Shown here: piece after piece, positions 1 to 9,030 of the stretch
Layout: each line of letters starts with the position of its first letter
Position numbering within the stretch: the stretch's first letter is position 1
DNA from: Candidatus Poribacteria bacterium
GTDB lineage: Bacteria; Poribacteria; WGA-4E; WGA-3G
Length of the DNA stretch: 64,000 nt
Reading direction: 5' to 3'
NCBI GenBank assembly: GCA_026702755.1
Contig: JAPPBX010000117.1
Coordinates: 28,578-92,577, forward strand
Notes under the pieces: model-generated
Told to the model about the DNA's origin: nothing
Database searches by the model: none
Seen by the model: the letters and a program-made list of their open reading frames with translations, nothing else
Made by a program: the position numbers and the translations under genes

Positions 1-480
1 GCTTTCGTGTCGTTGCATCCGTTTCGGTGCAAGAACACGGTCAATGATGACTGCTTGAAGCGACCAACCGATGAAGACTGCCGCGATTGGCGTAAAAAGC
101 AGAGACAGTTGGCTATGCGTCAGGAACGCTGGCAGTGCGGTTCCGGCACCACCGAGGGCTGCCCACAAGAAGCCGATAGCGAATAGATTCGCAAATCCGT
201 AAAACACGGTCAACGATTGTGATGAATGGCTGTACCCAACGACCATCATATATGACATACTTCCGCCGAAAGACCAACCGATTGCTCCAAACAGCGCGAA
301 GTAGTGAACATGCCGCCACCAATCCTCTCGCCCGGAGAGTAAAGCGATTGCTATCGCTCCGAGTGCACCCGCGAGTGCCGCACCATATTCATGTCCAAAG
401 TTACCGCGTATCCCCCATCCAACACAGACCGACAAACCACACAAAAGTACCATTTGCCACGGGATGATTGTTATGTCCAT
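1..480 (-). CDS. Integral membrane protein, N-terminal 160 aa (gene runs off the window start)
   Basis: Absent from the ORF track because there is no stop in the window. The minus-strand frame is open from 480 to 1. ATG at 480-478, with GGAGG (revcomp of 488-492) 7 nt upstream. Translation MDITIIPWQMVLLCGLSVCVGWGIRGNFGHEYGAALAGALGAIAIALL... is strongly hydrophobic. Track ORFs 113-322(-) and 219-467(+) are off-frame shadows. Confidence 0.6.
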   Translation of the reverse strand, partial: MDITIIPWQMVLLCGLSVCVGWGIRGNFGHEYGAALAGALGAIAIALLSGREDWWRHVHYFALFGAIGWSFGGSMSYMMVVGYSHSSQSLTVFYGFANLFAIGFLWAALGGAGTALPAFLTHSQLSLLFTPIAAVFIGWSLQAVIIDRVLAPKRMQRHES

Positions 481-518
481 ACCTATACCTCCGTCTTACG
501 ACTGATTTGGTTGCGTTT

Positions 519-547
519 ATTATGGCGTTTTTCGCGTTTATTGTCAA
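519..547 (-). promoter_or_regulatory. Sigma70-like promoter for the membrane-protein gene
   Basis: On the minus strand: TTGACA (547-542), 17-nt spacer, CATAAT (524-519), about 40 nt upstream of the ATG at 480. Confidence 0.5.
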
Positions 548-570
548 CTTTCTGATGATGTGAACTTCTT

Positions 571-596
571 GTAGGAGCGAGTTGTGCTCGCGATTC
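571..596. repeat. REP-like hairpin repeat, family A (GTAGGAGCGAG-N5/6-CTCGCGA)
   Basis: gtaggagcgagttgtgctcgcgattc. Near-identical copies lie at 27395-27420, 27456-27481 and 3x at 41455-41538. It contains the GCGAG/CTCGC inverted repeat. Confidence 0.7.
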
Positions 597-751
597 TTAC
601 GCTATTGTAGCGAAATCCTCTTTCAGAAAAAATTTCGCAAACTTCATTAGAGTCCCTGAAAAAATGGTAAAATTGGGCAGGATTTGGAAAGTGTTTCGCC
701 TGCCGCGCGGTAACGGTTATAGTAAGTCCGATTTAAAGCCTATTTAAAAAT

Positions 752-780
752 TTGACAATTTTTGCATTTCATGGTAAACT
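752..780 (+). promoter_or_regulatory. Sigma70-like promoter
   Basis: TTGACA (752-757), 17-nt spacer, TAAACT (775-780). It precedes a leader of about 215 nt before the RBS/ATG at 1006. Confidence 0.5.
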
Positions 781-1005
781 TTATATGACGCTGATTTCAT
801 GCTGAAGCACATCTGCTAACACCGCCTGGGTCGCGTCAGGGGCAGCTCCCCCGTTTTCGGGGTGCGCAGCAGGTGTACCAAGCACCTGCCACGCGTAGCA
901 CTGCCATAGATCAAGTATGACAACGCTGGTTTCTATTATAGCAAATAACGATTTTCGTTGCGTGTTATTTTATAGGGACCAGCCCCTAAAAAAGGAGTGC
1001 CTAAC

Positions 1006-1188
1006 ATGAAAACACACCTCTTGCGGTGGGTCCCCATCGCGCTTTTCTTCGTCGTGGCGACATTCAGCGTCGCGCTGCACCTTACACGCGCCGCGTATGA
1101 ATCCTGCCATCCGATCCCCGAAATCTGCCACCCTGAAATACAACCACCACCGTGTCAACCGATCACTTATCCGGATGCGGAATTGTAG
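1006..1188 (+). CDS. Small membrane-anchored Cys/Pro-rich peptide (60 aa)
   Basis: AAGGAG at 992-997 lies 8 nt before the ATG at 1006. Sequence MKTHLLRWVPIALFFVVATFSVALHLTRAAYESCHPIPEICHPEIQPPPCQPITYPDAEL: one TM/signal helix followed by a CHP..CHP..C tail. I recognise no homolog. Confidence 0.4.
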   Translation: MKTHLLRWVPIALFFVVATFSVALHLTRAAYESCHPIPEICHPEIQPPPCQPITYPDAEL

Positions 1189-1215
1189 GTTTTACACATC
1201 AGGAGACCTTTTCTC

Positions 1216-2025
1216 ATGGCAGAAAGAACAGATCCAACACAAAAAGAGAATCATCCATTTTACTGTCAGTATCGCGCCGTCTATGAATACGCAACACAAT
1301 TCACACAGGGGCAGCGCGTATTGGACCTCGGATGCGGCGAGGGATACGGTGCCCACCTATTGGCACAACACGCAAAAGAGGTCGTCGCCGTTGACAAAGA
1401 CAAAAAGACCATACAACAAGCAAAGCAAAAATACGATCTCCCCAATCTCGATTTCTACATCCAAGATGTCTCACAACTTCACAAATATTTTCCTTATACG
1501 TTTGATGTCGTCTGCTGTTTTCATCTCATTGAATACCTAAGAACTCCCGAGTATTTCTTGGAGGAAGTCGCCAAACGCTTGGTCCACCCCGCAGCAGTGC
1601 TTCTCATTTCAACACCGAATCGATATTCTCCACTTCGGGAGTCTACAAGTCTCCAATCGCCCTATCACGAATGCGAATACAACGCCAGCGAGTTCCGAAA
1701 TCTTCTTTCAATGCATTTTAAAGATGTGACGCTTTATACACTCCAAGGGAGTTCAAAAGTACAGCAATTTCAAGAGCTCCGGGCACAGCGCATCCAAAAG
1801 ATTTTCAACTATGATATCCTAAAAATGCGGCACTGGCTCCCCAAGCCACTCTTACGACTGAGTTTTGATGTCGGCGGAAGGTTATTAAAATCCTTCCTAA
1901 GTGCCACGCATGACGACTTGACGCATAGCATCACTACCACCGATTTTCACGTCACCGAGGTACAACTCTACACAGGTTTAGATTTAATCGGAGTCTGTCG
2001 AACCCCATTGGACCCGCTTGCATAA
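1216..2025 (+). CDS. Class I SAM-dependent methyltransferase
   Basis: AGGAGA RBS. Motif I VLDLGCGEGYG, then an acidic residue after beta-2 (VVAVD). Typical Methyltransf_11/23-like layout. Confidence 0.8.
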   Translation: MAERTDPTQKENHPFYCQYRAVYEYATQFTQGQRVLDLGCGEGYGAHLLAQHAKEVVAVDKDKKTIQQAKQKYDLPNLDFYIQDVSQLHKYFPYTFDVVCCFHLIEYLRTPEYFLEEVAKRLVHPAAVLLISTPNRYSPLRESTSLQSPYHECEYNASEFRNLLSMHFKDVTLYTLQGSSKVQQFQELRAQRIQKIFNYDILKMRHWLPKPLLRLSFDVGGRLLKSFLSATHDDLTHSITTTDFHVTEVQLYTGLDLIGVCRTPLDPLA

Positions 2026-2245
2026 AAACCTATACCTCACCCAAGTTGCTACTAACAAATAGTAGGACGTTTTATAGTAAAACCCAAAAATAAAAGGGCA
2101 CTTTGGAAAACACAAAACACCTCACCGCTGCTGGCGAGGTTTGATGAAGATTAATTATTTAAATCGGTAATTCCAATTTTCCCCAGGCCGGTAGGTGCGG
2201 TTTGGAACTGCGCCATAGGTGTCAATTTAGGGATTCTGTGCTCTT

Positions 2246-2492
2246 GTAGGTTGGGTTGAACGGCGTTGAGAGGGAGATGTGGGTGTTTCAAACACACCTC
2301 AAATCTAAGAGGCTGCGATATGCACTCAAGAACATAGTGAAACCCAACTTCATACGTCCCCTCGGAGGTGTGGCACTTCAGAACAAGAGCGTTGGGTTTC
2401 ACTCGGTCTCCGGCGGATGTGGCGTGTCTGGAGAAAAGTTCGTTTTTCTATGATTTCCACGGTTTTGGTGACATCCGTTCAACCCAACCTAC
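2246..2492. mobile_element. MITE-like element, family B (18-bp terminal inverted repeats)
   Basis: GTAGGTTGGGTTGAACGG (2246-2263) and its exact reverse complement CCGTTCAACCCAACCTAC (2475-2492). Internal inverted pair GTGAAACCCAAC (2337-2348) / GTTGGGTTTCAC (2391-2402). A second full copy is at 44465-44708 and a half copy at 41550-41655. It is flanked by an outer inverted pair gtgtcaatttag (about 2219) / ctaaaattgacac (about 2516). Confidence 0.6.
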
Positions 2493-2603
2493 GCTGCTAT
2501 GAGGCGGTTTTTTCTAAAATTGACACTTATAGTGCGGTTTGGAACCGCACCAATCGCAGCTTCTAACCACTGACGGCGAAATTACGATTTTTTTCGGAAT
2601 TTT

Positions 2604-2632
2604 TTGACTTTCAGTTCAAAGTAGGTTATAAT
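2604..2632 (+). promoter_or_regulatory. Sigma70-like promoter
   Basis: TTGACT (2604-2609), 17-nt spacer, TATAAT (2627-2632), upstream of the CDS starting at 2789. Confidence 0.6.
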
Positions 2633-2788
2633 ATAATCATAATGGCTCATAATTTATTTACTATAATAAGTCATAAATAATAATTTTATATGATATATTT
2701 TGATTTTGTCGCAATTTCTATTTACAAGGAACGTTGTTTCTTGCCTTATTATTTACGCAAAATCACTATCTTTTTTAAGGAGTTTATC

Positions 2789-4480
2789 ATGATAAGACGA
2801 ACTGTTGATTCTAAAACCATAGTGTTAATACTCGCGATGGGACTCTTCCTAATTGGCGTAACAAGCATTGGTGATACACTACCATCTTTTGAAAATGTCG
2901 AGGACACCGCCACGCGATCCGTAGATGAAAATGCTGATGTAGGCACAGATGTCGGTGCCCCATTTGCAGTAGATAAAGACGGTTTTAAATCCATCAGGTA
3001 CGAATTTCCGGATTATAACAATAAGTTCGAGTATATTGTCAGTTTCAATAAAAATTTTGTTCAGATAAAAACTAAAGTGAGACTTAATTACGAAGTACAG
3101 AGCAGCTATACGGTAAGGCTTATACTCAAATATTTTGACAATAACCCCTACAACGATGGCAGTCCTTTGGGGATAGCTGACACCCTCACCGTCACTATCA
3201 ATGTCAATGATGTCGCTGAACGACCCACTTTACCATTTCCTTCTGCTGCGGATGCTCTGCGAACCTTTACCAGTGAAGAACGCCAGCATGTCATTTCTCA
3301 GCTTACGCTTGATACAATTATCTTCAATGAATTCTTCAATGCATCGAACGATCCACACGATTGGGTGGAGTTGCGAAACGTTACCAGCACAGATGTCGAT
3401 CTCAGTGGGTGGCACTTAGTTATTGTTAAAGAAGGAACGATCGAAAACTTTGAGTTCCCTATAGGAACAGTGCTTCCTGCTGAAGAGTTGCTCTTGCTCC
3501 TCAATACCGATCCAAATGACCCTGGCATGCCGCTGGTAATCTCTGAGGAACCTTCATACCATTATCTTGTAGATGAGGCTTTCACTTTACCGCAGGAAGA
3601 TTTTATGTTGATACTCCGCAGTCCATCTGCATGGGAAGACAGTGCAGGCGATTATCTCTTTGGACAAGAGAAATTGCCGACGACAGCAGATTTTGATTTA
3701 GATACGGCATGGTTCCGTGCTAAGTCAACTGTCCTCGGACATCAAAGTGACGCGTGGATTATCAGTGGATACCACGGCGGACTCGGTTATGATAGTGATA
3801 CACCCAAAGACATGAATCTCGGCACACCCGGATACCCACACGAGACAATCATAGGGGATGCAAATAGCGATGGCATCGTCAATATTTTGGATATCGTTTT
3901 GGTTGCTTCACAGATCGGGCAGTCCGGTAATACGAGTGCTGACATAAATGGCGATGGTCAGGTCAATATCCAAGATTTAATTGTGATTGCCAATGGACTG
4001 GGGAATATTGCTGCGGCACCTTCAGCACACGCGTTGACAGCAGCGCAGGTGCAGGAATGGCTGAGTCAGGCGAAGCAGAAGATTTCTCATCCAATTCAAA
4101 TTCAGAGTTCTCTATCTCAAAGCGATTTCTCGTATGAACGAGGGATCCAGATACTGGAGCAGCTCCTGAAAATGCTAATTCCTAAAGAGACCACACTGTT
4201 GGTAAACTATCCGAATCCATTCAACCCGGAAACATGGATACCGTATCAGTTAGCGACTGCGGGCGATGTGCAAATTACGATTTACGATGGGCGAGGCACT
4301 TTGGTGCGTCAATTTGATTTGGGGCATCAGCCTGCGGGGTTATACCAGAGTCGTAGTCGTGCCACGTATTGGGATGGGACCAACGCGTTAGGGGAATCTG
4401 TTGCAAGCGGCATCTATTTCTATACGCTCACAATAGGTGACGATTTCTCTGCTACACGCAAAATGCTAATCTTGAAATAG
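2789..4480 (+). CDS. Secreted multidomain protein: cadherin-like region, lamin-tail (LTD)-like domain, dockerin repeat pair, T9SS-type/FlgD-Ig-like C-terminal domain
   Basis: I prefer the start at ATG 2789 (AAGGAG upstream; MIRRTVDSKTIVLILAMGLFLIGV signal/anchor) over the track start 2690. LTD-like IIFNEFFNASNDPHDWVELRNVTSTDVDLSGWHL. Dockerin EF-hand pairs DANSDGIVNILDIVLV and DINGDGQVNIQDLIVI. C-terminal NYPNPFNPETWIPYQL...IYDGRGTLV...GIYFYTL matches the Por_Secre_tail pattern. Confidence 0.75.
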   Translation: MIRRTVDSKTIVLILAMGLFLIGVTSIGDTLPSFENVEDTATRSVDENADVGTDVGAPFAVDKDGFKSIRYEFPDYNNKFEYIVSFNKNFVQIKTKVRLNYEVQSSYTVRLILKYFDNNPYNDGSPLGIADTLTVTINVNDVAERPTLPFPSAADALRTFTSEERQHVISQLTLDTIIFNEFFNASNDPHDWVELRNVTSTDVDLSGWHLVIVKEGTIENFEFPIGTVLPAEELLLLLNTDPNDPGMPLVISEEPSYHYLVDEAFTLPQEDFMLILRSPSAWEDSAGDYLFGQEKLPTTADFDLDTAWFRAKSTVLGHQSDAWIISGYHGGLGYDSDTPKDMNLGTPGYPHETIIGDANSDGIVNILDIVLVASQIGQSGNTSADINGDGQVNIQDLIVIANGLGNIAAAPSAHALTAAQVQEWLSQAKQKISHPIQIQSSLSQSDFSYERGIQILEQLLKMLIPKETTLLVNYPNPFNPETWIPYQLATAGDVQITIYDGRGTLVRQFDLGHQPAGLYQSRSRATYWDGTNALGESVASGIYFYTLTIGDDFSATRKMLILK

Positions 4481-4512
4481 GTGCTGGCTCATACCAAACA
4501 GTGCTGAACCAG

Positions 4513-4538
4513 AAGGGCGGAGTCATATCTCCGCCCTT
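4513..4538 (+). terminator. Rho-independent terminator hairpin
   Basis: aagggcggag-tcatat-ctccgccctt followed by a T-rich tail, 33 nt after the stop at 4480. Confidence 0.6.
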
Positions 4539-4585
4539 ATTCTTGGTCTGAAAAATAATAGTTACGGTAATTCGTCCCCTTTCAA

Positions 4586-4707
4586 TTTATAGTAAAACCT
4601 ACAATTAATTAGACATTGTGAAAAGGCGAGGATACAATCCTCACCAGCGGCGGTGAGCGTTCTAATCGCCAAACAACTGTCTCCATATTTTCAGGTTTTA
4701 CTATAAA
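4586..4707. mobile_element. MITE-like element, family C (TIR TTTATAGTAAAACCT)
   Basis: tttatagtaaaacct (4586-4600) and aggttttactataaa (4693-4707) are exact inverted repeats. The core ggcgaggatacaatcctcaccagcg recurs at about 11521-11545. A half copy with the same TIR lies at 2071-2139. Confidence 0.55.
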
Positions 4708-4743
4708 TATTCTTTCGCTTCTACAAAATACTCAGGACGCTTC

Positions 4744-7716
4744 ATGAACAGAATCCGTATTTTCGTACTCAACTTAATTCTCATTTCAATCATAAATCAA
4801 CAAATCGGTTTTGCACAGGATGTTTCACAATCACACGTCCCCGATGGTGCTATGGTACGTCTGGGAAAAGGCAGAATAAACGGGATAACCTATTCCGCAG
4901 ATAGTACTCAACTTATCATCGCCAGTAGCATTGGGGTTTGGAGATATAATATAGATACCGGTGAAGAATTCCCTTTGCTCACAGAATATACCGGTTTTGT
5001 TCCGAGTATCGCGTATTCTCCAAACGGTCATATACTTGCAAGCGCAGATGAGGATAGCAGTGTGCGTTTGTGGGATGCCAATACCGGGCAACCAATCGCT
5101 CCACTTGCTGGACACACCGATTCGGTGACCTCCGTAGCATATTCCCCGGACGGGAATATGCTTGTCAGTGGCGGTCGGGATAATACAGTGCGTTTGTGGG
5201 ATGTCAACACTGGACACCTTAAGGCAACGCTCACTGGACATTCGGATTGGGTGACCTCCGTAGCATATTCCCCAGACGGCAGACACATCGCCAGCGGCAG
5301 CGAAGACAGTACCGTGCGTTTGTGGGATACCAACACGGGTGAATTGACTGCTACGCTCACTGGACATACTGGTTGGGTTTATGATGTAGCCTTCTCACCA
5401 GATGGTAGGTGGATAGCCAGTGGAAGTAGAGACCGCACGGTACGTCTGTGGGATGCTAATACAAGCCAACCTGTTGCTATATTTATAGGGCACACCGGCT
5501 CGGTGACTTCTATCGCGTATTCGCCCGACGGTCGCACAATCGTGAGTGGAAGCAGCGATAATACTGTGCGTTTATGGGATGTTATCACTGGCAAATCTAT
5601 TGCCATGCTTACGGAACATACGGGTCAAGTGACATCGGTTGCGTATTCCCCCGATGGTCGCACACTTAGCAGTGGAAGTGGGGATGGAACCATACGTTTA
5701 TGGAACACCGATACCGGTAAACTTATCGTTACGCGCACAGGTTATATTGATAGGATAACTTCAGTAGCGTATTCCGCCAATGGTACAACACTCGCCAGCG
5801 GGTGTGCGGATGGAACCGTACGTTTGTGGGATGCTAACATAAGTCAACCCCTTCCCACATTTATTGCACATCCCAACGAGGTAGCTGCTATAGCATATTC
5901 CCCGGATGGTCGGACAATCGCGAGTGTCGGAGGTATTGGCGATAATACCGTGCGTTTATGGGATGCCACGACAGGGCAATCACTTGCTGTACTCACTGGA
6001 CATGTTTCCTCCGCTTATACTGTTACGTATTCCCCGGATGGTCGCACAATCGCCAGTAGTGGTGGATTTGGAGGAAACATTATCCGTTTGTGGAATACTG
6101 CCACGATGCAACTCAAAACAACTCTCACCGGACATACCCGTAGGATTAGTTCCATTGCTTTTTCACCGGATAGTCGCACGCTTGTGAGCGGGAGTCGAGA
6201 TGGGACAGTACAATTGTGGGATGTCAACACTGCACAACCCAAAACTACACTCACAGAGCATACTGACACCATTTATGCCGTAGCATATTCCCCGGATGGT
6301 CGAACGATTGCAAGTGGCGGACGAGATGATACTGTACATTTGTGGGATGCTGAAACGGGGCAGCTCAAAACCACCCTCATTGGACATGCTCACGATGTCC
6401 GATCCGTGGCATATTCTCCAGATGGAGACACACTCGTAAGTGGCGGTGAAGATGGCACGGTCCGGTTATGGGATGCTGCTACAGGGTATTCGATTGCAAC
6501 ACTCGCTGGACATACCAGTTGGGTAACATCAATTGCATATTCTCAGGGAGGCAAAACACTCGCAAGTGGAAGTGAGGACGGCACGGTCATTCTGTGGGAT
6601 TTTACCTTACTCCGTACACAGCAACAACAGCTACAGCAGGCAATATCCCAACTTCAACAGGATCGAGATCAGCCTAAAGTGCGGTTGATTTATTTTCATC
6701 CAAGCGACCGCGCGCCCGATCACCGTATAGAATCACAGGCAGATAGGGTGATCAAGGATGTTCAACTCTTCTATGCACGTCAGATGCAACACCACGGGTT
6801 CGGTATAAAGACCTTCACGCTTGAAACGGATCTAACCGGCAAAGCAGTGGCGCACCATGTAGAGGGGAAATTTCACGAAAAATATTATCACGACCAACCC
6901 TACGACAAAATCTTGGAGGAGCTTGATACACAATTTGACAGATCTCAGGATATTTTACTCGTCTTTTTGGAGGGGGGCGATAGGGACATTCTGGGACATA
7001 ACGTCTGTGGTCTTGCTGGAACTCATTCATCTGGCGGCGGTACAGCGATCCTCCCTGCTACTGACAATTGTTTTAGTTTTCGTATCGTTGCCCATGAACT
7101 TGGGCATGCTTTTGGCTTATATCACGATTTTAGTGAACCCAATCTTATGGATGATGGCAGCAGATACTTGGCTGAACTTTCCCCATGTGCCACTGAAGCG
7201 TTAAATGTACACCCATTTTTCAACACCCCTCAGGACGATCTCGCACCGACAACCATTCAGCGGTCGCCGCTGTTTGCGTCTTCGTCCAATATTGTCCGTC
7301 TCCATTTTGAAGTAACTGATCCGGATGGTCTCTATCAAGCGCAGTTAATTACGCCATCAACGCCTCAAGATCCGATTCAAGGATATAAAATGCTTGACTG
7401 CAAACGATTAGACGGCGAACGTGCCACAATCGAATTTACTGTCTCTGAATTAATAGCGGTCCCAGAGATTTTTATAGGTCTTCAGGTGATTGATGTTCAT
7501 GGAAATGTGACACTACAGTGGCAGAAAAACGAGATAGATCCCTTCGGACCTCTTGATGTGAACAAGGATGGGGTCGTGAACGTCTTAGACCTGGTATTGG
7601 TTACCTCACACTTCGGGCAGACGGAGACATCAGATCGTGCAGATGTAAATAAGGATGGAGTCGTGAACATTTTAGATCTGGTGTTGATTACTGATGGGAT
7701 AAAAATTGATAACTAA
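4744..7716 (+). CDS. Secreted 14x WD40 (two 7-bladed propellers) - metzincin-type Zn-metallopeptidase - dockerin fusion protein
   Basis: Signal-like N-terminus. 14 units of about 42 aa of the type GHTDSVTSVAYSPDGxxxASGSxDxTVRLWDxxTG. A Q-rich linker. HELGHAFGLYHD (the HExxHxxGxxH metzincin motif). Two DVNKDGVVN(V/I)LDLVL(V/I) dockerin repeats at the C-terminus. Confidence 0.85.
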   Translation: MNRIRIFVLNLILISIINQQIGFAQDVSQSHVPDGAMVRLGKGRINGITYSADSTQLIIASSIGVWRYNIDTGEEFPLLTEYTGFVPSIAYSPNGHILASADEDSSVRLWDANTGQPIAPLAGHTDSVTSVAYSPDGNMLVSGGRDNTVRLWDVNTGHLKATLTGHSDWVTSVAYSPDGRHIASGSEDSTVRLWDTNTGELTATLTGHTGWVYDVAFSPDGRWIASGSRDRTVRLWDANTSQPVAIFIGHTGSVTSIAYSPDGRTIVSGSSDNTVRLWDVITGKSIAMLTEHTGQVTSVAYSPDGRTLSSGSGDGTIRLWNTDTGKLIVTRTGYIDRITSVAYSANGTTLASGCADGTVRLWDANISQPLPTFIAHPNEVAAIAYSPDGRTIASVGGIGDNTVRLWDATTGQSLAVLTGHVSSAYTVTYSPDGRTIASSGGFGGNIIRLWNTATMQLKTTLTGHTRRISSIAFSPDSRTLVSGSRDGTVQLWDVNTAQPKTTLTEHTDTIYAVAYSPDGRTIASGGRDDTVHLWDAETGQLKTTLIGHAHDVRSVAYSPDGDTLVSGGEDGTVRLWDAATGYSIATLAGHTSWVTSIAYSQGGKTLASGSEDGTVILWDFTLLRTQQQQLQQAISQLQQDRDQPKVRLIYFHPSDRAPDHRIESQADRVIKDVQLFYARQMQHHGFGIKTFTLETDLTGKAVAHHVEGKFHEKYYHDQPYDKILEELDTQFDRSQDILLVFLEGGDRDILGHNVCGLAGTHSSGGGTAILPATDNCFSFRIVAHELGHAFGLYHDFSEPNLMDDGSRYLAELSPCATEALNVHPFFNTPQDDLAPTTIQRSPLFASSSNIVRLHFEVTDPDGLYQAQLITPSTPQDPIQGYKMLDCKRLDGERATIEFTVSELIAVPEIFIGLQVIDVHGNVTLQWQKNEIDPFGPLDVNKDGVVNVLDLVLVTSHFGQTETSDRADVNKDGVVNILDLVLITDGIKIDN

Positions 7717-7804
7717 CAGAGGCGTTCATTTCTCTTGTAGGCAAGGTCGCTGAATTCCGAATCTTGATTACTGATGGCTGATAACCGACAACCGATAACT
7801 GTCG

Positions 7805-7833
7805 TTGCATCTATTTCGTGTACGTGATAGGAT
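7805..7833 (+). promoter_or_regulatory. Sigma70-like promoter
   Basis: TTGCAT (7805-7810), 17-nt spacer, TAGGAT (7828-7833), upstream of the ATG at 7874 (GGAGG RBS). Confidence 0.45.
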
Positions 7834-7873
7834 ACACGCATAAGAAAGCGTTATCTGCTGGAGGTTAAAATTT

Positions 7874-9001
7874 ATGAGTCGTATACGGATAGGTGTTATC
7901 GGTTGTGGTGCAATCGCACAAGTACATCATCTCCCCAATCTTACCGCGCTCCATCGGGAATTTGAGGTGCCGATTGTCTGTGATCTCTCTCGCGGTGCTG
8001 CACAAGCGGTTGCAAAACGATTCCATGTTCCCCAATTCGTGACGGATTACAATGAATTGTTGGCGACGGATGTAGATGCTGTACTGCTATGCCACGGAGA
8101 CCCGAAGACGCAGGTGGCACTCGCTGCGTTTGAAGCGGGGAAGCATGTCTTTATTGAGAAACCCGTCTGCTTTTCACTTCAGGAGATGGATGCGATGTTG
8201 GCAGCGCAACATAAGGCTGGCACCGTCGCGCAAGCCGGTTATATGAAAGTGCATGATCCTGCTTTCCAGGTCGCTAAGCGTGAAGTGGATACGATGGAAA
8301 GTTACCGCTTCGTCCAGATTAACCATCTCCATCCGAATAATAGTTTACACCTAAGCCAATTCGATGTTGAGCGATTCAACGATGTTCCAGCGGACGCGTT
8401 TAAGCCAGCGGGCGCGGCGCGTGAAAAAGCACAGGCAGAAGCCATCGGAGAGTTGTTATCACAAACCGGACTTGAAAGCGACATCCAAAGCAAGGCAGCA
8501 CGAGTGTTCTATCTGCTTGCTGGCAGCATGATCCACGACATCTATAGCCTACGGGTAATGCTCGGCTCACCGAGTGAGGTAGTTAGCGCGGAAGTCTGGT
8601 CCGAAGGACGCGGTGTGACGATTGTGTTTGGCTATCCGAATGGCGCACGCTGTGTCGCTACGTGGGTAGACCTTCCAGATTTATGGGACTTTAGGGAGAC
8701 GTTGGAAATCTACGGCGATACCAAACGTGTACTCGTATCCTATCCGACCGGTTTTTCTCGGGGTATCCTGTCAGAAGTGACGATATACGGAATAGATGCC
8801 GATGGCACGACCTATAGCAAGACACCTGCGGTTGAATGGGAGAGCGCGTTTGTGAGCGAACTACGTCATTTCCATGCTTGCATCACGGAAGGTGAACCCT
8901 GCTATACCTCACTGGAATCAGCGCGAAACGACATCGCACTCATCATCGACGTTGTGCGGTGTTATGTACAACGGGGACCCGTTGTGCGTGAAAGCACATA
9001 G
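7874..9001 (+). CDS. Gfo/Idh/MocA family NAD(P)-dependent oxidoreductase
   Basis: N-terminal Rossmann motif IRIGVIGCGAIAQVHHLPNL and the EKP motif (FIEKPVC) typical of the family. Confidence 0.85.
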   Translation: MSRIRIGVIGCGAIAQVHHLPNLTALHREFEVPIVCDLSRGAAQAVAKRFHVPQFVTDYNELLATDVDAVLLCHGDPKTQVALAAFEAGKHVFIEKPVCFSLQEMDAMLAAQHKAGTVAQAGYMKVHDPAFQVAKREVDTMESYRFVQINHLHPNNSLHLSQFDVERFNDVPADAFKPAGAAREKAQAEAIGELLSQTGLESDIQSKAARVFYLLAGSMIHDIYSLRVMLGSPSEVVSAEVWSEGRGVTIVFGYPNGARCVATWVDLPDLWDFRETLEIYGDTKRVLVSYPTGFSRGILSEVTIYGIDADGTTYSKTPAVEWESAFVSELRHFHACITEGEPCYTSLESARNDIALIIDVVRCYVQRGPVVREST

Positions 9002-9030
9002 ATAACAACGCTGTTGGAAAAAGAAAAAAA

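Noticed and set aside
818-840. CCGCCTGGG(TCGCG) resembles the conserved 3' CCGCCUGGGC of ZTP (pfl) riboswitches
   Set aside because: I found no upstream ACUGGCG/GGGUCG sub-domain in the expected arrangement, and the downstream genes are not purine/folate genes. I treat it as coincidence. The leader is reported only as an unclassified candidate.
2151-2453. ORFs 2151-2402(-) and 2256-2453(+), and likewise 44377-44580(-) and 44507-44698(-)
   Set aside because: They sit inside the family B MITE copies. The two copies are not conserved at the protein level and only the short DNA blocks are conserved. No RBS.
4831-6393. Several long antisense or off-frame ORFs inside the WD40 gene (for example 4831-5367(-), 5028-5360(-), 5379-5606(-), 6015-6272(-), 5906-6187(+))
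   Set aside because: They lie entirely within a well-supported 990-aa CDS and are periodic shadows of the repeated WD40 codons. They have no RBS or independent motifs.
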